From positions 35,690-99,689 of the forward strand of contig JBLRWO010000009.1 in assembly GCA_047921215.1 (NCBI GenBank): a stretch of DNA of 64,000 nt. The letters are read 5' to 3'. Source of the DNA: Cyclonatronaceae bacterium. Lineage in GTDB: Bacteria; Bacteroidota; Rhodothermia; Balneolales; Cyclonatronaceae. Each line of letters opens with the position of its first letter. The stretch's first letter is position 1. The position numbers were made by a program, and so were the translations under genes. The notes beneath the pieces are model-generated. The model saw only the letters and a program-made list of their open reading frames with translations, was not told where the DNA came from and did not search any database. Of this stretch, positions 57,331 through 64,000 are shown one piece after another.

Positions 57331-60300
57331 ATGGAAAAGAAATTCAAGGAAATAAAACAGGCAGATTTTCCCAGCATCGAACTCGATATACTGAAGTGGT
57401 GGGAAAAGCATACCATTTTTCAGGAAAGCCTCGATACGCGGGATGAGGGCATACCTTTTACGTTTTATGAGGGTCCGCCCACGGCAAACGGAAAACCGGG
57501 CATACACCATGTGCTTGCCCGGACAGTTAAAGACCTTTTCTGCCGCTACAAAACCATGAAAGGTTTCCGTGTGAACCGCAAGGCCGGATGGGACACACAC
57601 GGACTTCCCGTAGAAATTGAAGTTGAAAAAGAGCTTGGGCTCAAGGGTCGTTCGCAGGTCGAAGAATACGGAATCGACAAGTACAACAAGCTCTGCCGGG
57701 AAAGTGTACTCCGTTACAAAGACCAGTGGGACAAACTCACCACCAGAATGGGTTATTGGGTCGACCTGAGCGATCCCTACATCACGTTCAAGAACGAATA
57801 CATCGAATCGGTATGGTGGGCCATCAGTCAGCTTTACGAAAAAGACCTCATCTATAAAGGGTACAAAATACAGTGGTACTCACCCGGCAGCGGTACCGTA
57901 CTCAGCTCGCACGAAGTAAGCCTCGGTTACAAGGAGATACAGGACCCCTCCGTATTCATCAAATTCCGGCTGGATGAAGCCGAAGACACATTTTTCCTGG
58001 CATGGACCACCACACCGTGGACCCTGATCTCCAACATGCTGCTGGCCGTACATCCCGATATACAGTACGCGCTGATCAGGCACACCGGCGGTAATGGTAA
58101 AACGGAGCATCTCATCCTGGCCGATTCGCTGCTTGGCAAGGTGATCGACGGTGACTATGAGGTCATCAAAACGATAAAAGGATCGGAGCTGGTCGGCAAA
58201 ACCTATAAGCCCGTATTCGACTATGCAGTCAATAAGCTTGGAAAGGCAGTGGCCTGGCGGGTTGTTCCGGCCGATTTTGTGACCCTGGATGACGGGACCG
58301 GTATCGTACACATTGCACCGGCATTCGGGGCCGACGACTACGATGTATCGATGCGCGAAGGTGTACCCCTGTTCAACCCGGTTACCAACGAGGGTAACTT
58401 CGACGAAAGTATTACTGAATTCAGTGGTTTGTGGTTTAAGGATGCCGACAAACCCATAACCCGCGACCTGAAAGAGCGGGGCCTGCTCTACAAGCACGTC
58501 ACCTGCCTGCACAACTATCCGCACGACTGGCGCAAGGGCACACCGTTGATGTCGTATCCGGTAGAATCGTGGTTTATACGCACCACCTCTGTAAAAGACA
58601 AGATGGTGGCGCTGAACAAAAAGATTAACTGGAAGCCGGAAAGTACCGGAACCGGCCGTTTCGGTGTCTGGCTCGACAATAATGTGGACTGGGCCATATC
58701 GCGTCAGCGTTTCTGGGGAACGCCTCTGCCGATCTGGGTGAGCGACACTGATCCGGACTATATCGAATGTATCGGGAGCATGGAAGAGCTTCGCAAAAAA
58801 GCGGGCCTTGCTGACGACGCAGAACTGGACCTTCACCGGCCCTTCATTGACACCCTAACCTGGAAAGCACCCGACGGCGGCACCATGCGCCGGATACCCG
58901 ACCTGCTCGATGTCTGGTTCGATTCGGGAGCCATGCCGTTTGCCCAATGGCACTATCCGTTCGAAAACAAGGAGATTTTCAGTGAGAGTTTCCCGGCCGA
59001 TTTTATTGCTGAAGGTGTAGACCAGACCCGTGGCTGGTTTTATACGCTGCACGCCATAGCAACCATGCTGTTCGACAAACCGGCCTACCACAACGTGGTA
59101 TCGAACGGGCTGGTACTGGATGCGAACGGCGAAAAAATGAGCAAGACGAAAGGCAATACGGTCGATCCTTTTGAAACCATCCAGAAATTCGGTGCCGATT
59201 CCACCCGCTGGTACATGATCAGCAACACGGCACCATGGGATAACCTCAAGTTCAGCGAAGAGGGTCTCAGAGAGGTACAGCGCAAGTTTTTTAATACCAT
59301 TGTGAACACCTACTCTTTCTTTGCCATGTACGCCAACATCGACAAGTGGACGTATGCCGGCACTCCGATTCCGATATCCGACCGCAGTGAAATGGACCGC
59401 TGGATCATTTCGAGAATGTTTACCACCATCAAGGAAGTGGATACCTTCTACGATGAGTATGAACCCACAAAGGCAGCCCGCGAAATCGAAACCTTTGTTG
59501 AGGACCTGAGTAACTGGTTCGTGCGCCGCAACCGACGCCGTTACTGGAAAGAGGGCAAGAGCATCGATAAAACAGCGGCATACCAGACCCTGTACGAATG
59601 CCTGCACAATCTGTCGAAGCTGATGGCGCCTCTGGCTCCGTTTACCGCAGAATGGCTCTACCAGCGGTTGAACGAGGTAACCGGAAAAGATGAAAAATCG
59701 GTGCACATCTCATTTTTCCCGACCGTTGAGGAAACCTCCATCAACAAGGCGCTGGAGTACCGTATGGATCTGGCGAGAATTATTTCCTCTACCGTATTGC
59801 GCATACGGAACAAGATTAACATGAACGTAAGGCAGCCCCTGGCGCGTATCATTCTGCCAAGCAACAGCGAAGAAGAACGGAACGCCATCGAGTCGGTCAA
59901 GCACATCATTCTGGATGAGGTCAACGTTAAATCGCTCGAATTTGTGGATGACGACTCCGGAATCGTTCGCAAAAGTGCCAAACCAAACTACCCGGTACTC
60001 GGGTCGAAACTTGGCAAAAAAATGAAAATGGTTGCCGGGAAAATCAATATCTTTACATCAGAAGATATTACAGCATTTGAAGCTTCCGGCAGCGTTACCA
60101 TTCCCCTTGATGACGGCGAAAGTGTAACCCTGGTTCGTGAAGATATTGAGATTATCAGGGATGGCCTGGAAGGCTGGTCGGTAGAAACCGAACGGGGTGT
60201 AACCGTAGCCGCCGATACCAACCTGACCGAAGAGCTTATAAACGAAGGGCTTGCCCGGGAGTTTATCAACAGGGTTCAGAATATGAGAAAAGAAGCCGAT

Positions 60301-60504
60301 TTCAATGTTACTGATCGCATAACTATATGGTTTGAAGCGACCGAATCAATGGAAAAGGCAATCACCGTTTTAACCGAATACATCATGACCGAAACACTGG
60401 CCGAAAACGTGGCTTCCGGGAACCTGGACAGCCCCGATTACGTGAAAGAGTGGGATATCGACGGTCAGCAGTGTAAAATTGCCATTAAACGTAACCTCAA
60501 CTGA
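57331..60504 (+). CDS. ileS: Isoleucine--tRNA ligase (type 2)
   Basis: 1057 aa. The HIGH-type motif PGIHHVLAR, KMSKTKGN, an editing-domain insertion, and a C-terminal domain lacking the E. coli-type zinc finger. Confidence 0.96.
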   Translation: MEKKFKEIKQADFPSIELDILKWWEKHTIFQESLDTRDEGIPFTFYEGPPTANGKPGIHHVLARTVKDLFCRYKTMKGFRVNRKAGWDTHGLPVEIEVEKELGLKGRSQVEEYGIDKYNKLCRESVLRYKDQWDKLTTRMGYWVDLSDPYITFKNEYIESVWWAISQLYEKDLIYKGYKIQWYSPGSGTVLSSHEVSLGYKEIQDPSVFIKFRLDEAEDTFFLAWTTTPWTLISNMLLAVHPDIQYALIRHTGGNGKTEHLILADSLLGKVIDGDYEVIKTIKGSELVGKTYKPVFDYAVNKLGKAVAWRVVPADFVTLDDGTGIVHIAPAFGADDYDVSMREGVPLFNPVTNEGNFDESITEFSGLWFKDADKPITRDLKERGLLYKHVTCLHNYPHDWRKGTPLMSYPVESWFIRTTSVKDKMVALNKKINWKPESTGTGRFGVWLDNNVDWAISRQRFWGTPLPIWVSDTDPDYIECIGSMEELRKKAGLADDAELDLHRPFIDTLTWKAPDGGTMRRIPDLLDVWFDSGAMPFAQWHYPFENKEIFSESFPADFIAEGVDQTRGWFYTLHAIATMLFDKPAYHNVVSNGLVLDANGEKMSKTKGNTVDPFETIQKFGADSTRWYMISNTAPWDNLKFSEEGLREVQRKFFNTIVNTYSFFAMYANIDKWTYAGTPIPISDRSEMDRWIISRMFTTIKEVDTFYDEYEPTKAAREIETFVEDLSNWFVRRNRRRYWKEGKSIDKTAAYQTLYECLHNLSKLMAPLAPFTAEWLYQRLNEVTGKDEKSVHISFFPTVEETSINKALEYRMDLARIISSTVLRIRNKINMNVRQPLARIILPSNSEEERNAIESVKHIILDEVNVKSLEFVDDDSGIVRKSAKPNYPVLGSKLGKKMKMVAGKINIFTSEDITAFEASGSVTIPLDDGESVTLVREDIEIIRDGLEGWSVETERGVTVAADTNLTEELINEGLAREFINRVQNMRKEADFNVTDRITIWFEATESMEKAITVLTEYIMTETLAENVASGNLDSPDYVKEWDIDGQQCKIAIKRNLN

Positions 60505-60520
60505 TTACAGCAGCTTGATC

Positions 60521-60919
60521 ATGGAAAACAACACAGATAAAGAAAAGCGCATCTCTCCTTACACTGATGAGGAACTTGAGTATTTTCGTGAAATTATCAT
60601 CAACAAGCGGGATGAAGCTGAAAAGGATCTCGGCATGCTGATGGAGGCACTTAAAGACAGCACTGAAAATGCTTCGGACGAATCTGCCTATTCCTTCCAT
60701 ATGGCCGATGCCGGGACGGATGCCCAGGAACGTGAGAAGACCTACATGCTGTACAACCGTACCAAGAAATTCATCAAATACCTGGACGATGCCATCAGCC
60801 GCATCGACAATAAAACCTATGGTGTGTGCAAGGTGACCGGAAAGAAAATTTCCAAAGGGCGCCTTGAAGCGGTGCCCCACACACAGATCAGCATTGAAGC
60901 CAAATTAAAGCGGCGTTAA
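60521..60919 (+). CDS. TraR/DksA family protein (degenerate zinc finger)
   Basis: A coiled-coil N-terminal half, then YGVCKVTGKKISKGRLEAVPHT, a DksA-like C4 region with only one Cys retained. The ATG at 60521 is preferred. The gene lies between ileS and lspA. Confidence 0.8.
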   Translation: MENNTDKEKRISPYTDEELEYFREIIINKRDEAEKDLGMLMEALKDSTENASDESAYSFHMADAGTDAQEREKTYMLYNRTKKFIKYLDDAISRIDNKTYGVCKVTGKKISKGRLEAVPHTQISIEAKLKRR

Positions 60920-60922
60920 TCC

Positions 60923-61582
60923 TTGCGATCTTCCAGAAACAAAATTCTGATCCTGTCCGCAACCGCCCTGGTCCTCTACATAGCGGATCAATGGTCAAAG
61001 TATGTGATCCGCACAACCCCTGACCTTCAAAACCGTACGCTTATCGACGGATGGCTTTCGTTTAATTACACAAAAAATCCGGGAATGGCTCTTGGAATCA
61101 CTTGGGCCGACACCTGGATAATCAGCCTGGTGGCTATCGTGGCCACAATTGCCATTATCTATTACATATCCAGGACTCTGAAAGAAGCCAACACCGGATA
61201 TCTGCTGTGTATGGGACTGATCATCGGGGGGGCTTTGGGCAACATAACTGACCGCATCTTTATAGCCAGAATTATGGATTATGGCTCCTGGCTCGACGGG
61301 CACGTGGTCGATTTCATCCATTTCACACTTGAGATAGGCGGTTACCGGGTGTTCCCTTACATCTTCAATGTGGCCGACATGGGCATCAGTGTTGCCATTA
61401 TTACCCTTCTTATCTTCGGCAAATGGATTTTGCCGCACGACAAACCCAAAGATAAAAACACTTCCGGCAATTCGGAATCACCTGATCCGGCAACAGCCGG
61501 TCTGGATTCAGCCGGTCTGGATTCAGAAAGCACCGGTGATGCTGAATCCCGCAATTCCGAACCCGTTCCTGAAAATCGCTAA
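60923..61582 (+). CDS. lspA: Lipoprotein signal peptidase (signal peptidase II) with an acidic C-terminal tail
   Basis: FNYTKNPGMALG and VVDFIHF...FNVADMGISVA are LspA motifs. TTG start. There are about 45 extra C-terminal residues. Confidence 0.88.
   Translation: MRSSRNKILILSATALVLYIADQWSKYVIRTTPDLQNRTLIDGWLSFNYTKNPGMALGITWADTWIISLVAIVATIAIIYYISRTLKEANTGYLLCMGLIIGGALGNITDRIFIARIMDYGSWLDGHVVDFIHFTLEIGGYRVFPYIFNVADMGISVAIITLLIFGKWILPHDKPKDKNTSGNSESPDPATAGLDSAGLDSESTGDAESRNSEPVPENR
61496..61525 (+). repeat. Perfect tandem duplication of the 15-mer GCCGGTCTGGATTCA inside the lspA 3' tail
   Basis: 61496-61510 equals 61511-61525. The duplication is in frame and encodes (AGLDS)x2. Confidence 0.95.
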
Positions 61583-61600
61583 AACAGCCATTTATACGGA

Positions 61601-62068
61601 ATGAATATGACTGTTCAGGACCTTTACAACAAGCTCCTGATTGAGCATTACAAACGTACAGAACAACGGTACGAACCGTCCAAATACACCCATTCCGGAA
61701 CAGGGCACAACCACGCCTGCGGCGACGAAATCACGCTTTTTTTCACGATCGAAGGCAGCAAGATCATTTCAGCATCGTACACGGGCAAAGGTTGCATGAT
61801 ATGCCAGGCATCAGCCTCCATGCTGACCAATGCAATTGAAGGCCTGAAGCTGGATGAAGCCAGGCAGACGATTCGTCATCTGAATGAATTACTCGACGGA
61901 GCCACAGAACCCGCCCGGAATGATCCCGATTACGCAGCCCTCACGAGTATCCGGGATTTTCCCACCCGGATGAAATGCGCAAAACTGGCATGGGATACCG
62001 CAGAAAAAATACTTGGATCATGGCATGGCCAACTGTCAGGTGAGATAGCCAACTCTGCCAGGTCTTAG
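61601..62068 (+). CDS. SufU/IscU-like Fe-S cluster assembly scaffold (NifU N-terminal family)
   Basis: HNHACGDEITLFF, GKGCMICQASASML and the conserved C-terminal CAKLAW. Confidence 0.85.
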   Translation: MNMTVQDLYNKLLIEHYKRTEQRYEPSKYTHSGTGHNHACGDEITLFFTIEGSKIISASYTGKGCMICQASASMLTNAIEGLKLDEARQTIRHLNELLDGATEPARNDPDYAALTSIRDFPTRMKCAKLAWDTAEKILGSWHGQLSGEIANSARS

Positions 62069-62170
62069 TTCACTTGCATTCCCAACAGATGGCTGATGAG
62101 ATTTATTGGCTGATTTAAACACCTGCCGAATGTTCAGGCTAAAAAACGTTTAAGCATGGCCGGTCAGGTT

Positions 62171-63427
62171 TTACTTTAGAATAATACCCCGGATCACATC
62201 CTGCGGATCGTGGGTATCGATGCGGCTGAGCGTATGGCCCATCCGGTCGCGCTTGGTTTTCAGGTAGCGCAGATTTTCGGGATAGGGATCGATTTCGATG
62301 GGCTCGATCTCCACGATTTCCAGGCCATAGCCGGTCAGTCCGACGCGTTTGGTCGGATTGTTGGTCATCAGTCGCATTTTACGCACACCCAGGTCGCGCA
62401 GTATCTGGGCGCCTACACCATAATCGCGCAGGTCAGATTTGAAACCAAGGGCCTCATTTGCCTCAATGGTATCCATCCCCTCTTCCTGCAACTTGTAGGC
62501 CCTGAGTTTATTGATGAGGCCTATACCCCGCCCTTCCTGGTTCATATAAACGACTACACCCTTGCCGGCCCGCTCTACCTTGAGCAGCGCGGTGTGTAGC
62601 TGATCGCCGCAATCGCAGCGTTTTGACCCGAAAATATCGCCGGTCACGCACAAGGAATGCACACGAACCAGTACGGGTTCGTTCTCCTCCCAGGTGCCCT
62701 TTACCAGGGCCAGATGGTTGCCGCCGGTCAGCTTTTCCTCAAACGCGTATAAACGGAAATTCCCGTAAACAGTCGGCAATTCGATATTGATCATCTCGCG
62801 TACCAGCGACTCGTTCTGCATACGGTAGGCGATGAGGTCCTTGATAGTGATCAGCTTCATTTTGAAGCGTTTCGCCACCTTGATAAGATCGGGAAGGCGG
62901 GCCATGGAGCCGTCTTCGTTCATGATCTCACAGATCACTCCGGCGGGATAGAAACCTGCCAGCCTGGCCAGATCGACGGCGGCTTCTGTATGACCGGCCC
63001 TGCGAAGCACACCTCCCTCGGCGGCGATGAGAGGAAAAATATGACCCGGCCGGCGGAAATCATCAGGCTTCCTGCCCGGCTGGATAAGGCCCTGAATCGT
63101 ACTGGCCCGGTCTGACGCCGATATGCCTGTGGTTGTACCATCACGCAGATCAACAGATACCGTAAACGCCGTCTCCTGCGATTCGGTATTATTTTCAACC
63201 ATCCGCTCCAGGTTCAGATCGTAGGCGCGCTCACGTGTGATGGGCGTACAGATCAGGCCCCGGCCATGTTTAGCCATCAGGTTCACGGCCTCCGGAGTGA
63301 TCATCTCGGCTGCCATCACGAAGTCGCCCTCATTCTCGCGGTCTTCGTCGTCGCAAACGATCACCATCCGGCCGTCGCGGATGTCCTCAATGGCGGACTC
63401 AATGGTGTCGAATTTGAACCTGGGCAT
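62171..63427 (-). CDS. ribBA: Bifunctional 3,4-dihydroxy-2-butanone-4-phosphate synthase / GTP cyclohydrolase II
   Basis: [11 protein letters not shown] and [14 protein letters not shown] are RibB motifs. CDCGDQL and [10 protein letters not shown] are RibA motifs. Confidence 0.95.
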   Translation of the reverse strand: MPRFKFDTIESAIEDIRDGRMVIVCDDEDRENEGDFVMAAEMITPEAVNLMAKHGRGLICTPITRERAYDLNLERMVENNTESQETAFTVSVDLRDGTTTGISASDRASTIQGLIQPGRKPDDFRRPGHIFPLIAAEGGVLRRAGHTEAAVDLARLAGFYPAGVICEIMNEDGSMARLPDLIKVAKRFKMKLITIKDLIAYRMQNESLVREMINIELPTVYGNFRLYAFEEKLTGGNHLALVKGTWEENEPVLVRVHSLCVTGDIFGSKRCDCGDQLHTALLKVERAGKGVVVYMNQEGRGIGLINKLRAYKLQEEGMDTIEANEALGFKSDLRDYGVGAQILRDLGVRKMRLMTNNPTKRVGLTGYGLEIVEIEPIEIDPYPENLRYLKTKRDRMGHTLSRIDTHDPQDVIRGIILK

Positions 63428-63479
63428 GGATTTCTGTGAACTTATACTATAAAGGCACGATACTTGTGAAAAGAAGTTC

Positions 63480-63785
63480 TTACTTCTGCGGATTAACGTC
63501 TGTGATCGCGTTTTTCAGAAAACGGACTTTCACATCCTTATCCACTTCCACCATAACCGTATCGTCTTCAATACTTGCTACGATCCCGATGGCGCCGCCG
63601 GAGGTAACCACCTTGTCGCCTTTTTTCATCTCGGAGACTTTATGCTGTATCTCCTTCTGCTTTTTTGACTGCGGACGGATGATGAAAAAGTAGAAAATGA
63701 CGAAAATAAGGGCCAGGAAGATGAGGCTTTCAAATCCGCCGCCGCCACCCTGCGGATCGCCCAATAAAATCAATACTTGAGGCAT
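63480..63785 (-). CDS. yajC: Preprotein translocase subunit YajC
   Basis: 101 aa. One TM, then [27 protein letters not shown]. Confidence 0.9.
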   Translation of the reverse strand: MPQVLILLGDPQGGGGGFESLIFLALIFVIFYFFIIRPQSKKQKEIQHKVSEMKKGDKVVTSGGAIGIVASIEDDTVMVEVDKDVKVRFLKNAITDVNPQK

Positions 63786-63908
63786 TTTTGTTCAGGTATA
63801 ATGAATATTTTCTGTTAATCTGTAAAGATAAAGGTTTTCGCAAGGCGGAACAATTGGCGAAAGAGGCCGGGCTGCGTTTGAAGCGGGTACGGTATCAGCT
63901 ATCAGAAA

Positions 63909-64000
63909 TCAGGTATGAAATTTCCAACTCTTCTTCGCGGCATCCGTCAGGATGCCTGCGGGTTTGAACCGTATGCCGAGTTCACCTTCGAGTTTGTCGA
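63909..64000 (-). CDS. 3' end of an unidentified CDS running in from the right edge
   Basis: The minus-strand frame reads ..DKLEGELGIRFKPAGILTDAAKKSWKFHT*, with stop TGA at 63911-63909. It is too short to identify. Confidence 0.3.
   Translation of the reverse strand, partial: DKLEGELGIRFKPAGILTDAAKKSWKFHT

Noticed and set aside
57880-59706. Two long minus-strand ORFs (57880-58836, 318 aa; 58855-59706, 283 aa) inside ileS.
   Set aside because: Both are antisense to an unambiguous IleRS reading frame. Their translations have no family features and show a skewed composition. They are shadow ORFs. The same reasoning applies to 10050-10934, 7083-7763, 11770-12435, 14478-15167, 17560-18541, 32329-33114 and 40548-41111.
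63428-63479. Looked for an FMN riboswitch upstream of ribBA.
   Set aside because: Only 52 nt separate ribBA from the yajC stop. This is far too short for an RFN element, and no RFN-like conserved blocks were seen. ribBA appears to be co-transcribed with yajC.
1-64000. Scanned for mobile elements, defence systems, toxin-antitoxin pairs, and rRNA, tRNA or tmRNA genes.
   Set aside because: None of the supplied translations showed transposase, integrase, reverse-transcriptase, Cas, restriction-modification or typical toxin motifs. No intergenic region is long and structured enough to hold rRNA or tRNA genes. An HMM or Infernal scan would be needed to exclude divergent cases.

Overview
This 64-kb window is a gene-dense stretch of bacterial chromosome, about 90% coding and dominated by housekeeping genes. 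Gene content points to a Bacteroidota-related lineage, possibly Balneolia or Rhodothermia. The evidence is a PorV/PorQ-like outer-membrane protein, DUF4270- and DUF4292-like lipoproteins, a half-size GlgA, an HU-SPOR protein and a type-2 IleRS followed by dksA-like and lspA genes. This taxonomic call is inference only.

Recognisable blocks:
- ffh(3' end)-rpsP-rimM-trmD-rplS
- apbC/mrp, gcvT, comB-like and ftsK-lolA-like genes
- a TolQ/ExbB-ExbD-TonB-like trio preceded by HU/SPOR proteins
- scattered glycogen genes: glgP, glgB, malQ and a short glgA
- ispE-cca, rho, lptB, purS-purQ and miaA
- ppx, and an envC-like/DUF4292-like/TPR cluster
- a low-molecular-weight phosphatase / fructosamine kinase / BtuF-like operon
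- ileS-dksA-like-lspA, sufU-like, ribBA and yajC

I found no rRNA, tRNA, CRISPR array, transposase, integrase, recognisable defence system or toxin-antitoxin pair. No complete novel multi-gene system can be supported from the sequence alone.

The stretches most worth a second look:
1. An AT-rich islet at about 2950-5280. It encodes only signal-peptide proteins, including an 81-aa Cys-rich secreted peptide with its own terminator. An (AT)8 microsatellite lies in its promoter region.
2. A dense repeat mosaic in the 348-nt convergent intergenic region 46764-47111. It holds 31-nt tandem repeats, 29-nt long-range inverted repeats, a perfect 20-bp palindrome and GATC-containing 11-mers.
3. A 638-nt AT-rich leader upstream of rho, whose product carries a basic N-terminus instead of the usual N-terminal helical domain.
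4. A Mur-ligase (MurF-like) paralog fused to a polytopic membrane domain.

All functional calls come from reading the supplied translations for family motifs. No database search was run.
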